Source: Epithemia pelagica (lineage: Eukaryota; Protista; Bacillariophyta). From it: a DNA stretch of 64,000 nucleotides. The stretch is taken from positions 1,240,001 through 1,304,000 of the forward strand of contig OX337237.1 of assembly GCA_946965045.2 (NCBI GenBank). Direction: 5' to 3'. This document shows positions 22,849-33,584 of this stretch, piece by piece. Numbering within the stretch: the stretch's first letter is position 1; every line of letters starts with the position of its first letter. The translations under genes and the position numbers were made by a program. The notes below the pieces were generated by a model that worked only from the letters and a program-made list of their open reading frames with translations, was not told the origin of the DNA and made no database searches.

Positions 22849-24312
22849 TCAAGAGTACCGGAAAAATTCCATGAGTTCATGATCGAGGATTTCCTTGGCT
22901 GCCGACACGTCCTCTGCTGACCAGGTGCCATTCGCGAGGACATCGTGCCAGGGGGAATGGCTGTACTTGATCCATGCCTCTACTAGGCCAGTACTGGTAT
23001 CGTGGCCAGGAGAATCGCCCTTGGCAGATGTCACGGTATACTCGAGAGGTTGATGATTTGGATGTTCCACTAGACGTCCGCCGGCGCAGTGACAGACTTG
23101 CTCTATTGTTTCTTGAGTGTGGAAAATCAGATCTAAACAAAAGCCTCATGTTGGATATTCCATGCAACGTCGAACAACACACAATCATTTGTCCATGTAC
23201 ATACCTTCCATTCGAATCATGATCCACGGATAGGATGCATGCTTGGTGTATCCATTGTACCAATCATTAAACAAATGAGCCAACGATTTGTATGTTTGTG
23301 TTCCAGCTGCGTAAGTTACTGTAACGGGGTTCCACCGATTTCCACTATTGGCATGATCATCGTTCTTGGCATCGTCTATATTGAGTCCTGGGTCGTTGAC
23401 CTTTTCCTGACCTTGTTCATGATACAATGGATGCAATTGCGGACAGTGGTGCTTGTTGTGTGTCCATTTTGTAGTATAGGGATTTTTACACATGGATTGC
23501 ATCCACGATATGGGATGGCGAATAGTAATGACAGGCAAGATATCATCTTTCGAAATCGCCTTGGCGTGCGTCGCAGCGTGTTGGTTCCTGTATTGTGGTT
23601 GAGTATGCTTCCCCCACGGCACTTGCCATCGAATACCATGTAGTTCACGGCTCGCATTGACACCATACAAGGCTACTCGTTCAGGGATTTTACAGTTCTT
23701 TTTGAGCAAGGTTGTCAATAAATTTGTTCCCGTACTAAACATCCCCGCTGAACCCAGCATGCGACGTTCGGGAGGTACTTGAAACTGATATAGTTCACAT
23801 GTTTGTTTCTGACTGTAACGAAACACTGGATGTTCTCCATAGAGTTGAACTACTTGATCCCAAGACGGCAGTCGGTGTTTCATTTCAGGAGTCACAGTTG
23901 CACCTGCTGATTGTAGGACTTCCACAACTCGTTGAACACCGCTGTTGCTATCAGACTCTGTCGTCTCCTGCTGCTTGTTGCCCTCTCTCCGTGGTGCATC
24001 GTGATTGCTCTTTCCTTTCGACCAACGTGAAGAAGAAAATATTCTCACGGGAAGTCCTGAAGATTGCTTCACTACATGATTCTCTTTATCTTGAAGTAAA
24101 AAAATCAGGTTGACAATCAGAGAGACACTGGCTAATATTGCCATTGCACATGTCACGAGTTTTCGCCGGAATCGGAATGAGGTCGTTCTGGATCTCACCG
24201 TTGTCAAGGAGGACGGAGGAAGGTTTTTGCTCCTGCGACTGGTAACAGAGTGAGAGCCTCGTATCAGTTTGAATGGACGATGATTTCGTTTTGTCCCTGA
24301 TTCAGGGTGCAT
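22849..24312 (-). CDS. Type II membrane sulfotransferase-like (P-loop sulfotransferase fold) protein, 2 exons (24312-23205, 23132-22849)
   Basis: An N-terminal TM anchor (LVTCAMAILASVSLIVNLIFLL) is followed by a 5'-PSB-like AGMFSTGTNLL, WQVPWGKH, a 3'-PB-like VITIRHPISWMQSMC and RMEDLIFH across a phase-1 GT-AG intron (23204-23133). Confidence 0.75.
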
Positions 24313-24403
24313 CTTGTCCAACCGGCGGCGGTCCTCCCGCCATCGTCGACTCTGAGGTTAAACAGTTAAACCGCAGATAAGCGCGTCTAAAGAGCGATGG
24401 AGT

Positions 24404-24639
24404 GTAGTATTGGGGATTGGCGGGACTAATTCACCACTCCCTAGCGGCGGAGGCTGCGAGGGTGTAATTGCGTGAAGCAAATTTACCCTCAAAACTGCCC
24501 CCGCTAGGGGTGCCACTCCCCCGGCTACTATGTCGTGCTCAATTCATGTAGGCGAGACTCCATGCAAGGTGTTCCGAGATAGGAGTACAAAAGGACCTCA
24601 TCGGGAGATATGAAGTGCTCCTATTCGTAGAAATCTCGG
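24404..24639. other. Densely self-complementary non-coding segment (candidate structured RNA or mobile-element terminus)
   Basis: Nested stems are 24412-24421/24512-24521, 24439-24447/24501-24509 and 24458-24463/24485-24490. A second domain pairs 24574-24580/24633-24639 and 24579-24588/24615-24624. Confidence 0.45.
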
Positions 24640-25473
24640 GACATTATAGTCAAGGACCGCGGACTAGAGAGCCGAGAACCATAGTAGAATCGTATCCTTG
24701 TTGACACGCTAACTGCCGTGAACTATGATGAGATTTCGGAGCAAGGTTTGCAACAACACAGGTAGGTACTCCTAGAAAACGATCGAGCTACTTGTAAAGC
24801 GATTTCCGAAAGCCGTCTCCCCATGGTTGCTTTGTCAACTTGCTCAAATGCTCTCGAAGCCGTGGGGACCATGACTAGGTAGGTGGTGCTCTTGTTTCTA
24901 CCGACACCTGGATCCAAACTACGACCGCCATTCTTCCATTTTCCGATTTCCAATCCACGTGGTAGGTTGTGCTTCGGTCTCATCCGTTCCCATGATTGTA
25001 TGGTTTGCCTTCTTGTTAAAGTTTGCGATCCCGCGTATAATCGTGCACAATGACGTGGCAGTCCTGGCTACATCACCGTCACTGATGCACATGAGGGATT
25101 GGAAGGAGGCATATCTCGTCGAGGTTATCTCAAATGTAGTTGAGTCACATACCCATCCTATAGTCATTACTCTGGTTGAATCATCACGCAGACCTTGATC
25201 ACGTTCTATTACATTGCAGATGTCCCATGCAATGACAAGGACACCTTCTGCAATGCTAGTCTAGTAGAAGTGTTGTATGGCGCATGGGAAATGGGACAAC
25301 CTAGAAACCTCCTCAACATTCAAAAATACACACGATCAACTTGTGAGAAATGGAGGGAAAGGTATATTCTATATCTTCTGTTGTATAATCTAAACTAAAA
25401 ATTGATGGTACAAGTTGCCGGATCGCACAGCACAGTTGAAACAAACAACACATGTGTGGATGTTTGTGTATTT

Positions 25474-26418
25474 TTAGGCGACGGGAGCTGGTCTGAATTC
25501 TTGTGATTCATTGCAGAGTAGATTGACGGAAAATGTAGCAAGAGCTTGCGATACCGTCTCGTTGGTCTCGCTTGGTTCATTTCCACGATGCTCGTCCAGT
25601 GTTTGTACCAGTGGTCGCATCTGTTCTAAACATTCTTGTGTCAACCGTCGGTCCACAAAATAGCTATGTGAACAGGCAGAATTGTTGAGAAGGGCCAATC
25701 GCAACACTAGTTGTATCAACGAGCCCTTGTTCCCTGCGTCCAACAGATGCAAAGCCGTATCATAGGAGAGGAGCGATTCATTCAGTTGCTCTTCCGAGCC
25801 ACTTGACAGACCTCCCAATTGGAGTCGTAATGCATGGTTGTAGAGAAGAATGGCACATTGAAGTTTCGACTCCACCTCACGTTTCGTGGAAAGATGACTG
25901 GGAACGGCCAGCAGTTTGTCAAAGAGACCAAAAGAAGCGTGCTGCTCTTTGATTGCGGCAATCTCTTGCTGCATATTCTTATCATTTGAAGAATCCACCA
26001 GAAATTCTTTCAACTGAACTACTGATTCGAACGTATTGGAGTTGTCTTCGCCTTGAAAAAGTCCACACCCCACGCACAAACCATATAGATACAGGAAGCG
26101 ACCCAAAAACAGAAACAGTCCACCAAGAATGGGAGTGTTGGCCAAGTAGGTCCCGGAAAGCATGCTGCAAAGGGCTCCCGCAGCATAAGAAAAAACAATG
26201 GTCGGGATATTGGAATGTCTGAACATGGATGTCATGTTTTCTTGAACAGAATCGTTCGATGGAGTGGTCTTGACCTTGTTGCTGTACAGACGACACTGCC
26301 GATCGTGGGACGTCGTAAGGCCTTTCGAGAGGAGATCTGCCGCAGCCTTGTAGTCTGTGGCATGAATCAAGACAATGGCTTGTTCACTTAGAGGCGAAAC
26401 GTTGCGTGTTCGAATCAT
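25474..26418 (-). CDS. Hypothetical protein of a diatom TPR-like family (AILLYN.AL...ALLNN...F..N...APA C-terminus)
   Basis: The C-terminal motifs CAILLYNHAL, LSYDTALHLL, LALLNNSAC, ECLEQM and ATFSVNLL..RPAPVA* are present. First ATG is 26418; the ORF-track start at 26442 is GTG. Confidence 0.65.
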   Translation of the reverse strand: MIRTRNVSPLSEQAIVLIHATDYKAAADLLSKGLTTSHDRQCRLYSNKVKTTPSNDSVQENMTSMFRHSNIPTIVFSYAAGALCSMLSGTYLANTPILGGLFLFLGRFLYLYGLCVGCGLFQGEDNSNTFESVVQLKEFLVDSSNDKNMQQEIAAIKEQHASFGLFDKLLAVPSHLSTKREVESKLQCAILLYNHALRLQLGGLSSGSEEQLNESLLSYDTALHLLDAGNKGSLIQLVLRLALLNNSACSHSYFVDRRLTQECLEQMRPLVQTLDEHRGNEPSETNETVSQALATFSVNLLCNESQEFRPAPVA

Positions 26419-26561
26419 GCTCGTTTTGTGTGTTGAATTCACAATCGCTCTCCCTCTAGAGTGGCGCGTTCTTCCTTTTCTCGGGTCGAATTTTGTGTGC
26501 CGTGTGCAATCTTAGTGTGTGTCGTGTCAAACTCTTGTCTTCGGCGCGGGGCAATGACGCG

Positions 26562-26761
26562 AGAGTTGGAGCGGAAAGCGGCATAGGCTTATCTAACTAT
26601 ATCGATGTAGTGTACATCCGCATACCTCATTCTCACAACTGCCCTAGTTCTACTGTATTGGATAGTGTGAAATCATCCGAAGAACCCTATGTACACTTTT
26701 TTCAGACGCTTACTTTTGATTTCACTACACAATCAGCTATAGTGAATAAATTCCCCGAGTA
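26562..26761. repeat. 200-bp direct repeat, copy 1 (left flank of the hAT element)
   Basis: AGAGTTGGAGCGGAAAGCGG...TTCCCCGAGTA recurs at 29305-29504 with about 3 substitutions. Confidence 0.97.
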
Positions 26762-29303
26762 TAGCTATCAAACTTAGGTACTCAGATTTCTAGTGTAGTT
26801 TCTAAAGAAGTTTCGGTGAAACTTAGGTTTTGAAGTTTAGGTAGTTTAGGTAGCTATGAAATACGGCTCCTTCCCTCATTTTTTCGTAAGACGTAATAAA
26901 GACCAACAACACAACAGGTCCTCGTCTATATCAAAGGTAAACCATTGATTGACTTACACAGATCCAAAGAGATCACAATCAAGGTATTGCTCATGGGTTG
27001 CTTGGCGGATAGTTGACCGCACGTTCAGCAGATACCGTAGGTTGAGCCCAACCCTGAGGCAAACCTCAGCCTTGTCCTTGCCAAGCGATGCACGAAGTTT
27101 GTTCCAAATATTGTTCTTGAGAGGTTTTGCAACTCTCTCTACACAAATTGACCCTGTTGCCCTGACAGATAGGAGTGGTTCAATCAGCAATGGAAACACC
27201 TTTGTAGATGGTGCTATGCTGAAGAACTCCATCCGTCCTTGATACCATCCCGTGTCTTCGAGCCATTTGGTAACCATTTCAATGGTCAGCTTACGCTCTT
27301 CTGCATTCTTGTCCATAGATGGCCGTGCCTTTTCTTTGTGGAACAGGTCAATCCAGTCTCCAGAACGACCTAGGTACGACCGAAGCTCCCTGTCGACAAC
27401 AGTCTTGTTGCTCTGTGGTGGTTCCAATTCTCGCTCAATTTCACGGATTGCTCGTTGGACCTCAGCAATATCTTCATCCCCATAGTCATAGTTTGGGTTG
27501 TATTGAGGTGGACCTGGAGCTGGAGGAGGAGTTGCTGAGTTTGTTGGAGTTGCTGAGTCATCCTCGTGGACAAAGAAGTCGATTGCTTCTTGGACAGAAC
27601 GAGCAAGGGAGGGAAGCAACGGACGGAATGGGATCATTGGGCGGAATGACCACATGACCGAGGGAGCTCTCCAGTTCGTACAAGCTCGTGCCGGATGCCA
27701 TCGATGTTGTCTGTTGTGGAAAACTCCATGAGTAAGTGAGCATTGGTCAGGACTGACTCAATGCATGGAACCTTTGCCAGATCTTTGGCCACAAGATCAA
27801 TGCAGCGTGCACAGTCTCGGTTATGGAGAATACTTGGTTCAGATTTGTTGCGTTCTCTGTACTTCTCACATGATCCTTTCACGATATTGTTGCCTGCGTT
27901 GTCACAAGCAACACAAACCACTGATGTATCAAAGTCGCGACGTGCTGTCTCCATAAAATCAACCATGTCCTCCACCTCTGCATCAGCCACATGTGCTTCG
28001 TTTCGAAGTCTCGTGGCTCTACAAAACATAGTGACTGGGCCCTTGGAGACTGTGTACAGAATGGTACTTGTACCATTTGCTGTCACACCATCAGCAGCAA
28101 TGGTAAGTCCACCCTGAATCTTGTGCAACATTTGCTTCAGCTCCTCACGACAGCTTCTATCAATGGGGAGAACAAATTGCTTGTACACAGTATCATGATG
28201 GTTGGGAAGGTATCGAAGAATAGCCTTTCCCCAACGTGACACCATCTCGTCCTGGAAGAATGGATCACTAACCCTGTTGAGTGGCTCGAAACGTGCCAGC
28301 ATCGTTTCGACAGACTTGGTGATTGCCTTGTTTGCAGTCACTTCGTTGACAATGTGGCCAAACTGCAGCATGGAAGATTGCTGTGGCGAAGACTGTTTCT
28401 TGGTGGTGGTGATGGTGGATGGAGCCCTACGGGAACTACTACCATTGCTGACAACATTCTCACCACTGCTGCTGCTGTTGGTGACAGAAGCCGACGACTC
28501 TTGACTCAATGGACCACCAACAATCAACCCGCGTTGTTTCTTCGCCCGCTTCGAAGCTTGTGTCGCGTCTTCACAACTGTCCTTGACGTTTGCAGGGACT
28601 TTACGACACTTGTGGACAATGTGGTTGGAGGCTAGAGTCGCGTTGAATGTTTTCCAGGATCGGAACTCTTTACAGTGCACGCATACAACGGCCAGATACC
28701 CCTGTCGGTTGGGGTCTGGCCCGATCTTGAATTGATCTCGGAGAAGTTGATTGGCCTTCTTTTTGGGAGGATTGGCCTTTCGCTTCGCTCCCACCAGCAC
28801 TTGCACTTCTGCCACTTCTTCGACATCCTCTGCAACCACCTCGTCGACATCGTTTTGGTTCGTCTGGGCCTCCAACGTCTGCTGTTGGTCCTCTGTCAAT
28901 GGAGATATATTGGCAAATGATGGGGAGGTACCACCAACGTCCTGCTGCACAACCTCTGTAAGGTTGTCCATGGTTATCAATGCTCGTCAGTGATCACCAC
29001 AGCAGCAATCACGACTTTTGTTTGGTAGTTGGATGAAGATGGAGGCGGGTACATGGTACATGGTTCCTGTCGATTCGAGACGGCAGATCATGTTTGGTCG
29101 GCAGAATGGACATCCACACGAAAGACCACTCGGAAGATATGGACGTTGACACCAACGTTCACAGACAGGATTCAATACATAGGCTAAATTTTTATAGGGC
29201 CACCCGAAACTTCGGTAGGGCAAAAGCAGCGTCATGAAACTTCGGAGAAACTTAGGTACCGAAGTTTCGGCGGAGAAACTTCGGCGATGAAACTTGATAC
29301 CTA
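26762..29303 (-). mobile_element. hAT-superfamily DNA transposon, internally deleted
   Basis: Imperfect TIRs TAGCTATCAA (26762-26771) and TTGATACCTA (29294-29303). The subterminal motif GAAACTT(C/A)GG occurs in both orientations at both ends. It encloses hAT transposase ORFs. Confidence 0.85.
26954..28971 (-). pseudogene. hAT transposase (BED finger + DUF659/RNase H-like N-half; C-terminal dimerisation domain) split by a deletion and frameshift
   Basis: 28971-27634 encodes a BED-like CVHC...NHIVHKC, the first catalytic D in TIAADG, VACDNAG and DCARCIDLVAKD. 27655-26954 encodes PLLIEPLLSVRATGSICVERV..NIWNKLRASL..LNLRYL. The intervening insertion-domain region is missing. Confidence 0.85.
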
Positions 29304-29304
29304 T

Positions 29305-29504
29305 AGAGTTGGAGCGGAAAGCGGCATAGGCTTATCTAACTATATCGATGTAGTGTACATCCGCATACCTCATTCTCACAACTGCCCTAGTTCTACTGTA
29401 TTGGATAGTGTGAAATCATCCGAAGAACCCTATGTTCCCTTTTTTCAGACGCTTACTATTGATTTCACTACACAATCAGCTATAGTGAATAAATTCCCCG
29501 AGTA
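29305..29504. repeat. 200-bp direct repeat, copy 2 (right flank of the hAT element)
   Basis: Near-identical to 26562-26761. Confidence 0.97.
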
Positions 29505-29850
29505 CACTACGACCAGTGTACGACCAAGTGTACGATCACCTACGCGAGTCGCGGCATTTTGCATGCGCGCAGATGCGCGCTCACGCTCACCGAGCCTCAT
29601 GGAGCGCGCCTTGGACGCTTCTGGAACGTTCTTTGGACGCTTCTGGAACGCGCTTTTCTGGATGTCTCGTCGTTCGTCAGACATCAACATGTGCCGCCTC
29701 CAACAGCTGCAGCAACAACCCCATCAACGAGACATCACCATCATCGACCCATTGGCATCATCATCAGCGTCAACGAAGAGCAGTTCCTCGCTAAAGCCTC
29801 TGTGAAAGTCAAGAGCACAAGTTGAGACCGCAAAGAGCATTGTTATCGAT

Positions 29851-32076
29851 ATGGGTTGTCATATGCACCAGATTCATCCGTGGCCGAAATCTCTAGGCCG
29901 AGTGGCTCTTTTGCTTCTTTTCATGGCTCGAGATTCCTTTGGATTCCTGTCCATTGATGCAGCGACCAAAACAATCGACTATTCTCAGAGCTGCCTCCAC
30001 TCCTCAACGCAATCATCGTCAAAGTCAGACTCTTCTTCGATTGAAGGGGAATCCGCTCCCAATCCCTTTTTGCTCAACACTTTTCTCACGTCATCGCCGG
30101 CGTCCAGTGTCATGTCCCTGTCTTCCAGGATGACCACCACGGAATGCGATGACATGAATCTTCCCCCCTCTCTCAATATCTTGTTGCGAACGTTGCATCA
30201 GCTAACGCGTGCCGTATCTTCCACGGACATTCGTGGTCGATTTGTCGATCACAAACGAGTGGGATCGGTGGCATCGGTGGCTCATGAAATTGGTCGAAAG
30301 CCTGCCAGTCCTCATGCCTCCTTGACACCCTTTGCCGCACATTGCTTGGGTTATGGCTTTGCTCGGCTCGTGTTGGATCGACAGCTTCAACAACAACAAC
30401 AAGTTGTCACATCCATTAGTCCCTGTCCACAATCATCACCCAAACAACAACCCATTACCATTTTGATCGGTCAAGATCCTCGGTCTCATGGTATGCGAAT
30501 TGCCGATGCCTTTGCACGTGGTGCTGAAGATGCTGGTCGACCAGCAGCAACGACAGTACCACACGTCGTTTCCGAATCGGAGGATCCTCCACCCGTACCA
30601 TTGGTGCAGGTTCTGTACACGGGCATTGCCACGACACCGGCTTGTGCTGCCTTGAGTGGGTTCTTGAGCAAGGCGGATGCTTCTGTCATGGTCACCGCCT
30701 CGCATTTACCAGCCGATCGCAATGGACTCAAACTCTTTTATCAAGGCAGGTGTCTCAGTCAAGGACAAATTCGTACATTGGGAGACCACGCATCGAAGTA
30801 TGCCATGGAATGGTACACTCAAAATAGCTTGTTGCCGCCGGCTTCGGGAGATGGAGCTGTCATGTGTTCTTCCTGGGTCGATTACATGCCGCATTATGCC
30901 TCGTCGTTGAAACAAGCCATTCAACGGCAAGTTTTGCACGGCGGAACACAAGAGGCACCCGAGACGGCGGGTGCGACCTCGAGCAAGAACGACGACGAAA
31001 CCAAGTGTTTGGAAGGTCTCACATTGGTGGTCAATGCCGGACATGGATCGGGTGGATTCTTTCAAAAGGTACTGCAAGATTTGGGAGCCAATGTCGTTGG
31101 ATCGATTGGGATTGAACCCAACGCAGAGTTTTCTTTGGGCATTCCCAATCCGGAATACAAACCCATGATTGATGCAACCATCCAAGCCTGTCAACAAGTA
31201 AAGGCTGATTTGGGAATCATGTTGGATACGGATTCGGATCGATGTGGATTCGTCGTGCCCAGCAAAACAACTACCGAGGACTCGGCTACGGTACCCTATG
31301 AACCCTTGAACCGCAACCGATTGATTGCCATGATGGGTGTCATTTTATCGCAAACAGTTCCAGGAGGAAAATGTGGTATTGTGACGGATTCGGTCACATC
31401 GGAAGGACTATCAACCTTTCTACAAGACAAACTGGGACTCACACATGTTCGATACCTCAAGGGCTACCAGAATGTGATTGACAAGGCGAAGGAACTCACT
31501 GAAACAGGGGTACTCAACGCCGAACTAGCAATGGAAACATCTGGTCATGGAGCCATGAAGGAAAACAATTACCTGGACGATGGTACCTACACTGCAGTTA
31601 AAGTTGTCAGCCTTTTGGCCCGACAACGACGTGAACATGGACCTAACACTAGTCTTTTGGATTTGATTGCGGACATGGAAGAATTGAGTGTCATTCGAGA
31701 ACTCCGTTTTAATGTTTTGGATGATTCCCTGGATACCATGCGTCAAGTCTTTGACGTGTGTGCGTTGGAAATCGAAAATTTGTGTCTCAACCACGCCGAT
31801 GGGGCGGTCATTGACGATAGCGAGGAGAATGAGGCACGGGTTCATTCGTATTGGTCCATTGATACCGACAACTTGGAGGGAATTCGAGTTCGTGTTGGTG
31901 GTGGCCAATTCTTTCTGTTGCGCAAGAGTTTGCATGACCCCATCATCAGTTTACAGCTGGAAGCGGTCAGTGATGAGGAGGCCCGTCGGCTCGTGATTGA
32001 CCCGATTTTGGAGTTGTTTGAGTCGGAAGAGGGTATTCACAGCCAATTGGATCTCTCAGTGTTGCGAAACTTTTGA
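29851..32076 (+). CDS. Alpha-D-phosphohexomutase (phosphoglucomutase/phosphomannomutase family), probably plastid-targeted
   Basis: Contains the phosphoserine loop VTASHLP..RNGLK, the metal loop DTDSDR and the sugar-binding ETSGH. A hydrophobic signal (LLLLFMARDSFGF) is followed by a Ser/Thr-rich transit-like region. Confidence 0.92.
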   Translation: MGCHMHQIHPWPKSLGRVALLLLFMARDSFGFLSIDAATKTIDYSQSCLHSSTQSSSKSDSSSIEGESAPNPFLLNTFLTSSPASSVMSLSSRMTTTECDDMNLPPSLNILLRTLHQLTRAVSSTDIRGRFVDHKRVGSVASVAHEIGRKPASPHASLTPFAAHCLGYGFARLVLDRQLQQQQQVVTSISPCPQSSPKQQPITILIGQDPRSHGMRIADAFARGAEDAGRPAATTVPHVVSESEDPPPVPLVQVLYTGIATTPACAALSGFLSKADASVMVTASHLPADRNGLKLFYQGRCLSQGQIRTLGDHASKYAMEWYTQNSLLPPASGDGAVMCSSWVDYMPHYASSLKQAIQRQVLHGGTQEAPETAGATSSKNDDETKCLEGLTLVVNAGHGSGGFFQKVLQDLGANVVGSIGIEPNAEFSLGIPNPEYKPMIDATIQACQQVKADLGIMLDTDSDRCGFVVPSKTTTEDSATVPYEPLNRNRLIAMMGVILSQTVPGGKCGIVTDSVTSEGLSTFLQDKLGLTHVRYLKGYQNVIDKAKELTETGVLNAELAMETSGHGAMKENNYLDDGTYTAVKVVSLLARQRREHGPNTSLLDLIADMEELSVIRELRFNVLDDSLDTMRQVFDVCALEIENLCLNHADGAVIDDSEENEARVHSYWSIDTDNLEGIRVRVGGGQFFLLRKSLHDPIISLQLEAVSDEEARRLVIDPILELFESEEGIHSQLDLSVLRNF

Positions 32077-32698
32077 TCGCACAACTGAAGGCACTCCCTT
32101 TTGGTTGTTGACAGACGCCTAGCCACGAAACATTAGAAATAGATGCTGGTCAGCACAATATCATCTTGTCTTCTCCTGATAGTTTTTGCATGACATCATC
32201 TTTCCATCTTCCGGAGTATTCAAAGGCTCGTTGCTCGGAGCAATGGCAAAAAGGATACACATGATTGTTGATTGTCCATCGCTGGAACTCAGGCTTCTGA
32301 ATAGCTTCAAGCTTCTTCGACCAAAGCATTCGTTGAAGAATGCAACAAGCAACAACGTCTTCTTTGAAGCTTTCGATGCTTCTGTTCTCTCCTCCGGCGG
32401 CGAAATCACTGAAAGCGAACTTCTTTGGTCCGTTCTCCCGAAAAGCGAAGCTGTTATTCGCGACCCAAACGCTATTGAGATCGCGCGTTTTCTTCGGTTT
32501 CCCGCGTGACTCACAGAGTCTGTCCTTCGCCCCAGAGATCCCATCGCGAGATGCGCAACGCCACTATCAAAACGTGCCCAAACCTGTGACGGTCACCATC
32601 ACCACTGCGCAAGTGTGTAGATTACGCTGCATCCCTCTTTTTGCTGAAGCAACCGCTGAATCTCATTGTCATTTGTACCAAAAAGCAACAGAGTAACC

Positions 32699-33584
32699 AT
32701 GGGTGGTCCAAAGGTGTGTATATGTAAATTGGGTTCGAGGAGAAGGCTTTGGGGATGACACAAAGACCTTGGCGTTGCCTCATTGGTTTGAACAATCCGA
32801 TGCAACGCAAAACACCGATACCCCCCTGTGGCATGAGATTTCGAATGGACCCTGTCCTCACTCATGTTTGTTTGTTATCATTGATTTCTTCATTGGATTC
32901 TCCTTTGATTCTCAGTTTGATGTCACAACCGATAAAGGACTTTCGGGTTTCAATGGCTTTATGGCCGCCAAATCCTACGTTGAGGGCTGGACCTTTAGCC
33001 CCGCCGATACGGAAATGTTTGGCAAATTCAGCAGTGCTCCGGATGCTACCAAAACCCCACATGCGTACCGTTGGTACATTCATATTGCCGCGCTTCAAGG
33101 AATGAGTGCTGGCTTTGCAGCACCGCCAGTGGCTGCCGCTCCTGCGGCACCGGCCAAGGCCGAAAAGAAGAGCGGCGGCGATGGCGATGACGACGACTTT
33201 GATGTCTTTGGAGACGATGATGAGGAAGAAGAAGGACCCAAGGAATCACGGGCGGAAATGATGGCACGTTTGAAAAAGGAAGCTGAGGAACGTACCGCAC
33301 GAAAGGAAGCGAAACAGCGAACGCTGGTGGCCATTGAGGTCAAGCCGTGGGATGTGGAACAGGATTTGATGGCCTTGTGGAAGAAGATTACAGAAACTAT
33401 CACACAAGACGGTTTGAAGTGGGGTGAATCCTGCACTTTGGCCGATGTTGCGTTTGGTATCAAAAAGATTCAGACCACTTTTGTGATGGGAGTAAACAAC
33501 AGTTCGGACGATGTCATTGACAAGATTTTGGAAATGGAGGACGAGGTCCAATCTGCCGAAGTTACTTCGATGAATGTGCTTTAA
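32699..33584 (+). CDS. EEF1B: Translation elongation factor 1-beta (eEF1B), 2 exons (32699-32713, 32916-33584)
   Basis: MGGPK|FDVTTDKGLSGFNGFMAAKSYVEG joins across a 202-nt GT-AG intron. It has the acidic DDDFDVFG motif and the GEF domain VKPWDVEQDL..GLKWG..VAFGIKKIQ..DEVQSAEV. Confidence 0.93.

Noticed and set aside
24494-24504. ACTGCCCCCGC resembles part of the cobalamin riboswitch B12 box
   Set aside because: The flanking GGGAA..GGTG..AATCC and AACTGT elements are missing. An 11-nt match is insufficient.
24590-24605. Minus-strand CCGATGAGGTCC resembles a hammerhead ribozyme core
   Set aside because: No matching GGAC-GAAA stem II/core on that strand.
32161-32560. Stop-free minus-strand frames between PGM and eEF1B
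   Set aside because: No ATG-led ORF with recognisable features or convincing splice sites.
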